The position numbers and the translations under genes are program-made. This document shows positions 21,158-31,936 of a DNA stretch of 64,000 nucleotides, piece after piece; within the stretch, counting starts at the first letter, position 1; each line of letters begins with the position of its first letter. Location: NCBI GenBank assembly GCA_963809485.1, contig CAWEJX010000021.1:32001-96000 (forward strand), given 5' to 3'. The notes beneath the pieces are model-generated. The model worked only from the letters and a program-made list of their open reading frames with translations. It was not told where the DNA came from and did no database searches. The stretch comes from an uncultured Acidobacteriota bacterium (lineage in GTDB: Bacteria; Acidobacteriota; UBA6911).

Positions 21158-21414
21158 ACCGTCGACACGTGGTCTGTACATAATATCGATTGTTAGCCAC
21201 AAACATGCAGCAGGTTCAGACATCGCTGAAATACCGAAGATAATCGGCGCTTGCCGATACCGCGCAAGTGTTCAGTGGGATGAATTTGTGCAACCGATCA
21301 GATAGTCGGTCGTTCTTTGGAGGTGCTCTATGAAGCCAAATGCAGGCAATGTCGCCCGGGAAAAGTGAGTAAGCGCCACTAATCAAGAGAATGAGCTTTC
21401 GCCAAGTTTGACTA

Positions 21415-21945
21415 TCAGGATTGAGCGCCTTTCAGATATTGCCTCTGAATAATGCCAAGGTGATACCGTTCGTGGCCCAGCATCATGTATCCCAGAGCAC
21501 GGACTGAAAATAAGAAATCGGAGACTTTCCCTGCCCTGTCCCACGCCTCTGGAGGGAGATGCCGGAGCATTGATACATGAGATCGGCGGATCAGCGAGAA
21601 CTCGTCCAATAGCTCTCCAATGCTATATCGGCCAAAACCACCGTTTCTGACGTACAGCTCTTGATCTGCGAGCTGCAATATTGCTTCATCGCCCCGGGCA
21701 AAACAGAGCAGCCGGTAGCCCAAAATGCGTTCCGTATCCACAATGTGGCCCACGACTTGCCGGATTGTCCACTTTCCGGGCGCATAGCGGGTGTCCGCCG
21801 TAGCCTCACTGATTGCGCCGAAGAGGGCCCCTGTCTCTTCAATCTGCTTAGCCAAAGCCTTTGGCAGGTCAGCTTCAGGCACAAGGTCGATGTATCTGCT
21901 GTAGCGGGGGTTGTACTCTGAAGCAGCTGGACGCCGTTTATTCAT
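21415..21945 (-). CDS. DinB family protein
   Basis: YAPGKWTIRQVVGHIVDTERI...GHERYH. Confidence 0.9.
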   Translation of the reverse strand: MNKRRPAASEYNPRYSRYIDLVPEADLPKALAKQIEETGALFGAISEATADTRYAPGKWTIRQVVGHIVDTERILGYRLLCFARGDEAILQLADQELYVRNGGFGRYSIGELLDEFSLIRRSHVSMLRHLPPEAWDRAGKVSDFLFSVRALGYMMLGHERYHLGIIQRQYLKGAQS

Positions 21946-22123
21946 AGTATTCCTTTCAAAAATCCACAAAGCGGGCAGGCAGCAATACGGTCTTGATTAT
22001 TGCAGGATGGCGAAACAAACAGGAGTTGCTGATGAAATCCCCCAATGCAACCGATCTTCGCGGCTTCTTGCAGGGAGGGCCCGGAATCAATTAGGCAGCT
22101 TATTCCGGCTATCCTTTGCCTAG

Positions 22124-24199
22124 CCCGAGTTTACCACCCGTAGGCGGCAAAATTCCATTTTGATCAGCATTGAAGCCCCTGCAAGCAACATATTATGTAT
22201 GACCTAACTATAATCCATTTATACCTCCACGACGACCGCCTGGCATTGCCGCCAGCCACGCAGTAATATTGTCGCAAAGCACTGAACTATTTCCTAAGAA
22301 TATCTTTCTGTAATGCCTAATTTATCAAGACATCCGCATTTCTTTGATACTATATATTGGGCCTTCAGGCAATCTGCACAACAATATCTTGACATCACGA
22401 GTAAAATATTGTATGACCTAACCATGGCAAGCTTGACCAAGAAGTTCATCAAGGGAAGGCCCTACTACTACCTGCGGGAGTGCCGCCGTGTGGGCGGCAA
22501 GCCCAAAATCGTCTGGCAGGAATATATCGGCACGCCCCAACAGCTGACCCTGAGGCTCACCAACCCCAGACCCCAGGAAATCATCGTCCGGGAATTTGGC
22601 GCTTCCGCCGCAACCTTCGATATGGCCCAAAAACTGGAGGTCGTTTCCATTATTGACCGTCACGTCCCCAAGGAGGGGAACCAGGGGCCTTCGGTCGGCG
22701 AGTATCTGCTGGTTGCTTGCCTCAACCGTTGCATGGCGCCCTGCAGCAAGGCGAAAACCGGCGAATGGTATGACAAAACCGTACTTCCCCGCCTGCTTGG
22801 CATCAAGAGTTCCCAGCTTTCCAGCCAGCGCTTCTGGGACAATATGAATCGGGTCAATCAACCGGAAATCGGCAAGATCGAGGCGGATATCTCCGCAGTC
22901 GCGGTATCCCGATTCGGCCTGGACCTGAAATGCCTGCTTTTTGATGCCACCAACTTTTTCACCTTTATCGACAGCTTCAACGATCGGGCGAAACTGCCGC
23001 AGCGCGGCCATGGTAAAGAAGGGCGGGACAATTTGCGCATTATCGGCTTGGCCCTTTTGGTCACCTCCGACGGCGACGTCCCTCTGTTTCATTGCACTTA
23101 CGCGGGCAACCAGCACGACTCGGTGACATTCTCCAGCGTAGCCGAGGATTTGGCTGACCGCTGCCGGAAGCTGTCCGAGGGTGTCTGTGACATTACGCTC
23201 GTCTTCGACAAGGGGAATAACTCCAAGGAGAACCTGGATGCCGTCAACGCCGGGCCCTACCACTTCGTCGGATCTCTGGTTCCCAGCCAGCATCCGCAAC
23301 TCCTGCGCATCTCTCGAGACGAGATGCATCGATTGGACAAAAGCCTGCTGCCTTCCGTCTGGAGCTACCGAACGCAAAAAGAGGTCTTTGGGATCCGGCG
23401 TACCGTCTTGGTCACATACAACCGCGAGCTTTACCGGGCACAGGTCAAGACTCTGAGGCGCGAAATCGCAAAACGCCGGCGCAAACTGCAGCAACTGCAG
23501 CTGTCTCTCCAACGCCATAGCGGTCCGAACTCCCGAGGGAAGAAACCCACGCTGCAGGGAAGCCGCAACCGCGTTCAAAGTATTCTTGCAGGCCGCCACA
23601 TGACCCAACTCTTTTCTGCCAAAGTGATCCTGGGCAAGGATCAGATCCCTCGGCTCCGATGGGCTTTCAGAGATCGAGAATGGGATCGATTGGATCGAAC
23701 CCTTCTGGGCAAAACAATCCTGTTCACGGATCGGGAAGAATGGACCGACGAACAGATCGTGTTGGCCTATCGGAGCCAATCTCACGTGGAAGCAGCATTC
23801 CGCCGCATGAAAGATCCCCGGTTCCTTGCCTTCCGTCCCACGCATCATTGGACCGATCAAAAGCTCCGAGTCCATGCTTTTTATTGCGTGCTGGCTTTAA
23901 TGATAACGAGCCTGCTATGCCGCAAGCTCGCACAAGCTGGGATCCGCATGAGCATTGCGCGCATGATGGAACGGCTGAAAGACATCAATGAAGTGGTGAA
24001 TCTATATCCAACCCCAAAGGGTGCGGAACCGCGCATGCAAGTCGACCTGTCACAACAGGACGCGGAACAAGCCGCCATTCTGAAAGCCCTCGATCTGGCT
24101 CGGTACGTCTCAAATTAGGTCATACGTTTCGGGATCACTCGCAGCCGCTTCAATACTGATCAAAATGGAATTTTGCCGCCTACAGGTGGTAAACTCGGG
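22124..24199 (+). mobile_element. IS1634-family insertion sequence
   Basis: ~50 bp terminal IRs (CCCGAGTTTACCACCCGTAGGCGGCAAAATTCCATTTTGATCAG...), CTAG on both flanks (22120-22123, 24200-24203). Confidence 0.9.
22424..24118 (+). CDS. IS1634-family DDE transposase
   Basis: FDATNF, GHGKEGR, VFDKG, YRSQSHVEAAFRRMK, RPTHHWTDQKLRVH. Confidence 0.92.
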   Translation: MASLTKKFIKGRPYYYLRECRRVGGKPKIVWQEYIGTPQQLTLRLTNPRPQEIIVREFGASAATFDMAQKLEVVSIIDRHVPKEGNQGPSVGEYLLVACLNRCMAPCSKAKTGEWYDKTVLPRLLGIKSSQLSSQRFWDNMNRVNQPEIGKIEADISAVAVSRFGLDLKCLLFDATNFFTFIDSFNDRAKLPQRGHGKEGRDNLRIIGLALLVTSDGDVPLFHCTYAGNQHDSVTFSSVAEDLADRCRKLSEGVCDITLVFDKGNNSKENLDAVNAGPYHFVGSLVPSQHPQLLRISRDEMHRLDKSLLPSVWSYRTQKEVFGIRRTVLVTYNRELYRAQVKTLRREIAKRRRKLQQLQLSLQRHSGPNSRGKKPTLQGSRNRVQSILAGRHMTQLFSAKVILGKDQIPRLRWAFRDREWDRLDRTLLGKTILFTDREEWTDEQIVLAYRSQSHVEAAFRRMKDPRFLAFRPTHHWTDQKLRVHAFYCVLALMITSLLCRKLAQAGIRMSIARMMERLKDINEVVNLYPTPKGAEPRMQVDLSQQDAEQAAILKALDLARYVSN

Positions 24200-24286
24200 C
24201 TAGAATTAGGATTGTAATACCGAAGCCTCGTTTTAACGTGGAATTCCTTTGAATATCCCGAAGACCCAGCAGGCTAGTCCATGATT

Positions 24287-25490
24287 TTAATTTTTGCCTG
24301 TTCTGTCGAGCGTATCGTAGAGCGGCTGCGCCGGGAATGCCTGGGCGAGTTCGCCGGATACCGTAACGGCCAGCACACGGATCTTTTCGTTATTCGGCAG
24401 CCTGAGCGTCTTTACGCCTGCCATCAGGTCCAGCTCATAGGCAAACAAATACGAGTAGGCATACGCTTCGTTCGCGCCGTCCGACGTATGCCGATGGGAT
24501 GCGAACCATGCCACCGGGGTACGTTTGATATAACCCGGTGTGAGGCTTTCGTACTCCTGGACAGTCAGTTTGAATCCCGGCTGTTCGTATGGAAAAGTGT
24601 ATTTCGCCTCTTTCATAACACGCTTGTCCCACTGACCGATGTAGCCGCTCCAATCCTGTACTGTCAACTCAAATGTTTTCTCGCCTGTGTAAAAAACGCC
24701 TTTCTGATCCCCGTCGGCGGCGGCCAGCAAAAACAGGCGCGTGAATTTCCCGTCGGGCAACGCGATGATCTGCCCGCGCGCGACGACGGCATTGCGTTCC
24801 AAAGCGGGCGCAAGCCGGAAGCGGATTCCGCCGAATACCAGATCGGATGGAAGCATCTCGGCCGGAAAAGTGCGGCCAGCATCGTCAAAACCGCCATTTG
24901 ATTTTGTAGCGTCAAGGCCGGCAGTGGCCTGGTCGCAAGCCAAGACGACCGGCTGAAAGTGCGGCATCGTGAGTTTTGCATCCGTCCTCGCCAATTTGAC
25001 GGCGAATGTGCGCACCTGATAAGGCGTGAAGCTCAAAATCAGCTCGCCGCTATCCACCGATGCTGTGCCCAACGGCTGTTCCTGGCCGTTCACTTCGCGC
25101 GCAGATCCTATGGGCGCTGCAAAGGCGAGGCGCAAGTTCTGCTGATGCCTGCCATCAGGTTCGACCAAACGGACAATAATATCGTCGCTTCCTTCAGCCT
25201 TTTTGATCGCCAGAACGCGCACGCGAGGGCTGCTAAGATTCAGAAGCGAGAAGCTTTTGCCGAGCGCGCCCTCATGGCTCGCAGTAGTGAACGCAATCAG
25301 CGGCTGCTCGAGCCGCCACGCCTGCCAGTCGCTCTGCTCGCGTCGCCAATCACCGGTGTGTCCCGCCAGTCCGTATAGAATTTCATGCCGCCCCCAGTCC
25401 TGAGTGGCCATCCCGGAAGCAATGGCCCTGACAGCGCTGGTTAGAACGCCTGCGAACTGGTTCAGCGCCAGCACTTCGTCGTTCCAGGAA
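24287..25490 (-). pseudogene. Alpha-mannosidase (GH38) C-terminal fragment
   Basis: QDWGRHEILYGLAGH, AIKKAEGSDDIIVRLVE, FTPYQVRTF; catalytic N-terminal domain absent. Confidence 0.8.
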
Positions 25491-25595
25491 TATTCCTAAG
25501 CTTTTGGGATGCTGGTGCCACTCAGGGTGTTGCTTTAATGCTTTGGGAAATCTTGGTTGCTACGAGAACGCCACTGCGGGATCTATGACTTCCCC

Positions 25596-28277
25596 TTACT
25601 TGACCGGGACCCGTTGCTTCAGTTCTTCAAACCAGTTGAGGACGATGGTGATCCTTGGTCGTACAACTTCCTCCGCAGAGGAGGCAGCCCTAGGCTGTTT
25701 TATCATCAGGAATCGTTTGCCATCCGGATGAATGTCCCAAGGGGTTCCTGTATATAGGCCATAGCCAAGATTCTCGTTCTTAAAAAGCATTTTGGGAGTC
25801 TGGAAGCCGAGGGTAGGCTCGGTTTCCACCACCACTGCCATTATGTGATTATCTTCACTTAAATAAAATAATTGCCGCCCATCCGGCGACCATAGCGGGC
25901 TGGTCCCGCCTTGAGTGGAGGCCGACCATTTTCCGCCGGTCACATCCGGAAATGGACGCACATAGATCTCATTCCGGCCGGACTCGTTGGATGTATAGGC
26001 TATCCATCGGCTATTAGGTGAGATTTTAGGCTGAGTCTCTCCATACTCTGATTGCAGGAGCGGCTTTTTCCAGTGATCCTTTTCCATTGATAGCATACTA
26101 ATATCCAAATTCGTCCACGTGACCACTTCCTGCATCAGCAGGGTTTTTCCGTCGTTTGCCCATGAGAATGGGTGCAACTGCCCGTCGGGTGCAGAAATGA
26201 CTTTCTCGGCCTCCCCAGTGCCGTCGGCGGCTTTCAGAAACACGCCGTTGGGACTTGCTCCAGCAGTATCGGCCCAATAGGCAATCCATTTGCCGTCCGG
26301 GCTCCAAATGGGCAACATCTCCCGAGTTTTTTCAAAGGTCAGCTTTGTAAGATTCTTGCGTGCAGTGTCCCAGATCCAAATATCCTCATTAGGAGTATTC
26401 CCGACCGAGACAGCCACCCGCTTCCCATCGGGCGAAATCTTGGGATATGCATAAAAATTCGGCGGTGTTCCGAGGGATTCTTCCTTTCCTTCTTTATCAA
26501 CCCATACCAGAGTTCGCCTTCCCGCTGGCCCTGCTCCGGTTCGAGGCGGCGTCGGGATATAAACAAGCGTTCCCGATTCGGAAATGTCGGCAAAGGATAC
26601 ATCATCAAGCAGAGGAACCGGTTCGCCTGCGACCCCTAGTCTGTCAAGATTAAAGGGAATGGCATAAACAGTGGTGATATCGGGCGGCTGATAAATGAGG
26701 TATCCATTTGGAAGATATTGGACAACCTCGCCCGGCAACAGCTCTTTCTGCCCTCCTGATTTTAGCTGCCGAACCATTATTCTTGGTTTCTGAAAGCCAA
26801 CATTATATGCGGTGTACAGCAGCGATTTCCCATCCTGCAAAATTTGCGGAGACACAAGATTATCGGATCCTGTTTTGACAAGTGACTCCGGTGTCCCACC
26901 GCCGGCGGGAATTCGCATAATGCCGTTTGGAATCGCGCCAAATACAATCATGTCATCCGCACCCCAACTCGCGCCTGCCATTCCCACCCCGCCAACGTCA
27001 CACAATGAAACCGGAGCGCCCCCATTGATCGATATTTTTTTCAATTGCCGATCATCGACAGAGAAGTATCCGATCCATTTGCCGTCGGGGGAGAAGAACG
27101 GCTGCCTTGTATCTCCCTCGCTTCCGGCAATAGGCCTGGAGGTTAATTCGTTTACCGAACGTAGGAACAGTCCCTTTGATGTACTGTAAACGAATTGCAT
27201 GCCGTCCGGCGACACGGCAAGAGGCCGACCGGTGAGTTGCTGGCCATCCGGCAGTTCGTGGTCGAAACGGATAACCTGCCGTGATTCGGGTGCTCTCCTG
27301 TTCCAGATAACCAATCCCACGAGGATCGATGCAATGGCAACTGCGGCAGCAATTCCTAGCATTGAATGGGATCTTCTCCGCGTTTCTGCCATTCCTAAGG
27401 GCTGTGCGAATACGCCGCTAGGATCAGCCAAAACCTTCTGAGCGTCTATCCGAACGTCTGAGATGTCATGATATCGGTCCCTTAATTCTTTCTTTAGGCA
27501 GCGTTCCAATACTTCCCGCAAACGGCCGTGCAGATTCGCCGGAAGGCTGTTCCACTCCGGTTCTGAACGGATGACTGCTGCAAGAGTGTCGGTCACATCC
27601 TTGCCCGAGAACGCCGCACGTCCTGTCACCATCTCGAACAAAACACAGCCAAACGCCCAGATGTCCGTCCGCTTGTCCACGGACTTCCCTCTGGCCTGTT
27701 CTGGGGACATATAGGCCGCCGTGCCAAGAATTACGCCTTGCATGGTGGCCATGTCGCTCAGCGTAGGGGAATTGGATAGATTCAGCTCCACTTGTTCCCC
27801 AGTAAATGCCTTCGCCAATCCAAAGTCCAACACCTTCACTTTTCCTTCAGGCGTGACTTTGATATTGGCAGGCTTGAGGTCGCGGTGGATCACTCCCTTT
27901 TCGTGCGCAGCTTCGAGAGCCTCCGCGATCTGCAACGCGAGTTTCAGGGATTCTTCAACGGGGACCGGACCCGCTTTTATCCGATCCGCAAGCGTATCGC
28001 CTTCAACCAATTCAAGGATGAGGAAGTTGGTTCTGCCGGATTCCTCCAAGCCATAGATGGCGGCGATGTTCGGGTGATTCAGGGAGGCAAGGAGTTTCGC
28101 TTCACGCTGGAACCGAGCGACACGGTCGGCGTCCTTGGCAAACTCTTCCGGCAGCACCTTGATCGCCACGTCCCGGCCGAGCCTGCTATCTTTCGCCCGG
28201 TAAACCTCGCCCATGCCGCCTTTGCCGATTTTTTCCACAATGCTGTAGTGCGAAAGGCTTTGACCGATTTCGGGCAT
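25596..28277 (-). CDS. Ser/Thr protein kinase with TM and TolB-like beta-propeller
   Basis: GKGGMGEVY, HRDLKPAN, DFGLAK, YMSPEQ; repeated SPDG motifs. Confidence 0.96.
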   Translation of the reverse strand: MPEIGQSLSHYSIVEKIGKGGMGEVYRAKDSRLGRDVAIKVLPEEFAKDADRVARFQREAKLLASLNHPNIAAIYGLEESGRTNFLILELVEGDTLADRIKAGPVPVEESLKLALQIAEALEAAHEKGVIHRDLKPANIKVTPEGKVKVLDFGLAKAFTGEQVELNLSNSPTLSDMATMQGVILGTAAYMSPEQARGKSVDKRTDIWAFGCVLFEMVTGRAAFSGKDVTDTLAAVIRSEPEWNSLPANLHGRLREVLERCLKKELRDRYHDISDVRIDAQKVLADPSGVFAQPLGMAETRRRSHSMLGIAAAVAIASILVGLVIWNRRAPESRQVIRFDHELPDGQQLTGRPLAVSPDGMQFVYSTSKGLFLRSVNELTSRPIAGSEGDTRQPFFSPDGKWIGYFSVDDRQLKKISINGGAPVSLCDVGGVGMAGASWGADDMIVFGAIPNGIMRIPAGGGTPESLVKTGSDNLVSPQILQDGKSLLYTAYNVGFQKPRIMVRQLKSGGQKELLPGEVVQYLPNGYLIYQPPDITTVYAIPFNLDRLGVAGEPVPLLDDVSFADISESGTLVYIPTPPRTGAGPAGRRTLVWVDKEGKEESLGTPPNFYAYPKISPDGKRVAVSVGNTPNEDIWIWDTARKNLTKLTFEKTREMLPIWSPDGKWIAYWADTAGASPNGVFLKAADGTGEAEKVISAPDGQLHPFSWANDGKTLLMQEVVTWTNLDISMLSMEKDHWKKPLLQSEYGETQPKISPNSRWIAYTSNESGRNEIYVRPFPDVTGGKWSASTQGGTSPLWSPDGRQLFYLSEDNHIMAVVVETEPTLGFQTPKMLFKNENLGYGLYTGTPWDIHPDGKRFLMIKQPRAASSAEEVVRPRITIVLNWFEELKQRVPVK

Positions 28278-28538
28278 GTGTCCCTCTGCCGAAAGAAAGA
28301 CCTACCTGCTGCCTGGCTGTGCGTTGGAAACTCTGGGGACATTATATGCGGCCAGGGCTGGTGGGAGAAAGGGAAATACTGGTGGGGTGTCTCCTCTCGC
28401 GCTAAGGATATAACGGATTGGCTGCCGCTCCAGCTTAAGGGCCGTCTATCCGAGCTCCGGTGCGCCTGGTTTCACGCATCGAACCGTTGCGGATAACATA
28501 TAATGTGCAATCTTCGATGCTTTGGGGCTATTTGCAGG

Positions 28539-28834
28539 TCAGTGCTGTCCAAATTGGCCCATTGGAAGCAGAGGGCTCATTGAAAGCATTCAACTTGTGG
28601 CTCATGAAGTGCCCCTGCAAGGACGAGGTTGGCACCAAGCCCCGGTAGGGGCGGAAAGAAAATAGCCAGGGATGAGCGGAGCGAATCCCTGGTTCCTATG
28701 GCGAAGAAAAGAGCCCTGGGAAGGGCGAAAGACTATATGTTATCACGCCCTTCCAGGGCTCTCCTCTTGCCGATTCTCACCAGGGGTTCGCTCCGCTCAC
28801 CCCTGGCTATTTTCTGATCGCCCCTTGCGGGGCT
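28539..28834. repeat. ~280-bp repeat with REP-like multi-hairpin, copy A
   Basis: Inverted near-identical copy at 36753-37030; internal palindromes CCAGGGATGAGCGGAGCGAATCCCTGG / CCAGGGGTTCGCTCCGCTCACCCCTGG. Confidence 0.85.
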
Positions 28835-28974
28835 TGCTCAAAAAACCTGTTTCGCGACAGTCCTCCATGCGCCCGGGGCGCACCCAAGTGCATGAAAATC
28901 GGCTTCGCCGACGCTCAGTTGGGTGAACGAATGGTGTAATTGATCCATCGCGGCCGCTATTTTCGGAGCAGAAA

Positions 28975-29270
28975 CGAGCCAATAGCCGTAAAACAGTGGC
29001 AGGGTGGACTTTAAACAGTCGTGCTGCATCCGCTGCCGTTTTGTTCCCTTTCAGAATCATTGGCCTAATTTCAGATTGCTGCTGATGGGTCAACTTAAAT
29101 CGTCGTCCACCTACGCGTCCTTCTCGACGCGCAGCCTCCAAACCCGCTTTCGTTCGTTCGCGTAGCATTGCCCGCTCAAATTCTGCAAATGCTCCAACCA
29201 TCTACATCATCATCCTTCCTGCCGGCGTCGTGGTATCGATCGCCTCCGTCAAACTGCGGAAACCTGCTTG
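28975..29270 (-). pseudogene. Serine recombinase (resolvase/invertase) remnant
   Basis: AGFRSLTEAIDTTTPAGRMMM*MVGAFAEFERAMLRERTKAGL...GGR plus HTH; in-frame TAG at 29202-29204; catalytic N-terminus missing. Confidence 0.88.
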
Positions 29271-29461
29271 CGCTGGACGAGTGGGAAAAAAGCGGAAACA
29301 TATTTTCACAAAATTCCCTCCAGTTGAGGCGCGCAGGACTGAAACGGAAATATGGTGGAAATAGTTTTCCATTTATGAAGGACCTATCCTCAACAATTCT
29401 GCAATTTAGGCGGGAAATCGGTTTGACCGACATTGAAAACGAAATCAAGGCAGGCGTCGCT

Positions 29462-29542
29462 AGTAAAGAATGCTTTACTTTTATCGCTTATTAGTAAAGA
29501 ATCCTTTCCCAGTAAGTCAACCTTAGTAAAGTGACCTTTCCC
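29462..29542. promoter_or_regulatory. Array of three AGTAAAG-N4-CTTT(A/C)C(T/C) operator-like boxes upstream of fic
   Basis: Boxes start at 29462, 29493, 29525; the first has perfectly inverted arms (AGTAAAG-AATG-CTTTACT). Confidence 0.6.
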
Positions 29543-29553
29543 AGGAGGCCATT

Positions 29554-30723
29554 ATGGCAAGAGTCGTCGGGACCTATGAGCAAACCAGCACTGCGGGTGA
29601 AACTGTAAATGCCTTTGTGCCGGCGCCACTTCCTCCAGGCAATCCTCCCCTCGATATGAACGCTGAACTCTCGGGATTATTGCAGTGTGCTGAAGCGGGT
29701 ATTTCCAGGTTGAAGGTTGCAGGGTCGATGGTCCCGTCTCTGGATTGGCTTCTCTATTCTTTTGTTCGCAAAGAAGCTGTGGTTTCTTCCCAGATAGAGG
29801 GTACGCAATCAACCCTGGTGGACTTGCTTATGTACGAAGCCGCCGGGAAGGAAGACGCCATCGACGATGGCGATGTCATACAAGTCCGCAACTACGTCGA
29901 CGCTCTTCATTACGCGCGCAAGCAGATGCGCAGCAAAAATGGACTGCCATTGTCCATACGACTCCTCAATGAGGCTCATCGGCGTTTACTGAAGAACGTT
30001 CCCGGTACCGATAGGGCTCCGGGAGAAATCAGGCGGAGCCAGAACTGGCTCGGCGGGACTCGTCCTGGCAATGCAGTATTCGTACCCCCGCCCCCCTATT
30101 TGTTGGGCGGTTTACTCGGCTCTCTGGGAAAATATATCCACGGTGAAGATTCCCTGCATCCATTGGTTAGAGCAGGGCTGTCGCATGTACAATTCGAAAC
30201 GATACATCCTTATCTGGATGGGAACGGCCGCATCGGCAGGCTCCTGATTACATTGCTCCTGGAGCATTGGAGGATTTTGGATTCCCCCCTGCTCTATTTG
30301 AGTCTTTATTTCAAACGCCACCGTGCCGAGTATTACCGCCGGCTGGATGCCGTTCGGACCGATGGTGATTTTGAAGGCTGGGTGAAGTATTTCCTGGAAG
30401 GAGTGGCCGTCATCGCCGACGAAACCGTACTGACAACACAGAAGCTTTTTACCCGGATCGGTGCAGACCGGACCAAAGTACTTTCGGGTGGCTCTACCTC
30501 TGTGGCCGGCATTCGTCTGTTTGAGCTATTGCCCGCTCATCCGATTATCACCGTGGCCGGAGCTGTAAAGTTGCTGGGGACGACAAAGCCAACTGCTACC
30601 AAAGCCGTAACAGGGCTCGTTGACGCTGGGGTCCTGGTTGAAACGACCGGCCGCCGTCGGGATCGCGCTTTCAGCTACGAGGATTATCTAAACCTTCTGC
30701 GCGCCGAAACGGAACCGCTTTAA
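29554..30723 (+). CDS. Fic family protein with C-terminal HTH
   Basis: HPYLDGNGRIGR Fic motif; SSQIEG inhibitory-type motif. Confidence 0.95.
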   Translation: MARVVGTYEQTSTAGETVNAFVPAPLPPGNPPLDMNAELSGLLQCAEAGISRLKVAGSMVPSLDWLLYSFVRKEAVVSSQIEGTQSTLVDLLMYEAAGKEDAIDDGDVIQVRNYVDALHYARKQMRSKNGLPLSIRLLNEAHRRLLKNVPGTDRAPGEIRRSQNWLGGTRPGNAVFVPPPPYLLGGLLGSLGKYIHGEDSLHPLVRAGLSHVQFETIHPYLDGNGRIGRLLITLLLEHWRILDSPLLYLSLYFKRHRAEYYRRLDAVRTDGDFEGWVKYFLEGVAVIADETVLTTQKLFTRIGADRTKVLSGGSTSVAGIRLFELLPAHPIITVAGAVKLLGTTKPTATKAVTGLVDAGVLVETTGRRRDRAFSYEDYLNLLRAETEPL

Positions 30724-30819
30724 AGGCGAGTTCCAATGCAGGAATAAAAGCACACATTCCTGCCGCGCTTCCCCACGGGTCCTTTGATCCAATTTGGAAG
30801 TACTCATTCAACTTCCGCT

Positions 30820-31227
30820 AATGTTACTGAAATCAGCAAACCCGATCTCATCACGATGAAAATATGCGCCTGGCGGGAAGCTGACAAAGAAGATATCGAG
30901 GCGCTCGGAATTTCCAAGGAGGATCTGACGATTATCAATGCCAACCTGGCGCATGTCGAAAAACATAGCTCCGACCGGGCGCATAAAGCGCACCTTGTTC
31001 TATCTGAACTGGGTGTCCAGGAATTGATAATTTTGAAGGCCGACGAAGTAATAAGCCTTGCCGAATTGATTCAGTACTATCGTCAGCATAAAAAGAAAGA
31101 AGCTTCCATTGAAGAAATTCGCAATTGGAAACAGGAAATCGAAAAAGGGATTAAGCCCTCTTCCTTAGCTCAATCCATTTTTGAAGGCAAACAAAAAGAG
31201 GATTCTTCAATTTATGGAGAAATTTAG
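30820..31227 (+). pseudogene. Probable C-terminal part of a DUF6036-like nucleotidyltransferase
   Basis: SKPDLITMKICAWREADKEDI resembles the DLxxxK..R..D..D motif; no credible start or N-terminal domain. Confidence 0.45.
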
Positions 31228-31228
31228 C

Positions 31229-31936
31229 ATGAACAGCGAACCCTTATTTTCAATGTGGGCAAGGCTTGGGGTGAACTTCCCTGCCTTTAAGCCGACCAAA
31301 GAGGAACCGCTTGTCGAGGACCTCATTGCTCAGACATCGCTCATCGGGAGATATGAGCCCCGCCTCATCGAAGGTATGGCCGGATGGCTGCAGAAACATG
31401 GGGATTTGGTTAACACCTCTCTTATGCGGAGGCATATTGAGATCGGCGATTCCGCCGTGATCGGTTTGGTGTTCGATGCTATAACCGGTAAAGAGACCGC
31501 CAAGCTGAAGCAGCTTACAAAATATTGCCGCCCCAAAAAGAAAGCAGAAATGCTTTTCTTTGCGACGGAATCGTCCCCGACGATGAAAGCGCAGGCTGTC
31601 GAGCACGAAACCGAAATTAACCGGAAATGGAATCTGCTTTATGTGAGTTTGCGAGTTAAGACGGATGCTGTTTTCGACCGCAAAGTGGTTCTGAAGAGAA
31701 ATCCAAACCTTGCCCGCAGATCTCTATTCGGAGTCGTAATGCGTACGGAGATCCTGAATTTTCTACTACAGAAAGGATCAAGTTTTCCGGCGGAAATATC
31801 AAAGGCACTGGGCTATCGATATCACAGGGTTATTTCCGACCCGTTTCGCGCAGAACACGCCTCCACATGTCCAGAGAGAATACCCCCATGGTCCAGTGAT
31901 CGGTCTCAATCCGAAGGCGTCCGTGTTCGCGAATGA
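31229..31936 (+). CDS. Hypothetical protein with C-terminal winged-helix start, probably truncated near 31835
   Basis: Abuts previous ORF; RTEILNFL...PAEISKALG helix pattern runs into a convergent gene. Confidence 0.55.
   Translation: MNSEPLFSMWARLGVNFPAFKPTKEEPLVEDLIAQTSLIGRYEPRLIEGMAGWLQKHGDLVNTSLMRRHIEIGDSAVIGLVFDAITGKETAKLKQLTKYCRPKKKAEMLFFATESSPTMKAQAVEHETEINRKWNLLYVSLRVKTDAVFDRKVVLKRNPNLARRSLFGVVMRTEILNFLLQKGSSFPAEISKALGYRYHRVISDPFRAEHASTCPERIPPWSSDRSQSEGVRVRE

Noticed and set aside
28486-28513. Chromosomal dif site (TTGCGGATAACATATAATG)
   Set aside because: Only the XerC-like half resembles dif; the XerD arm TTATGTTAAA is not matched. The attI-like sites also lack a XerD arm.
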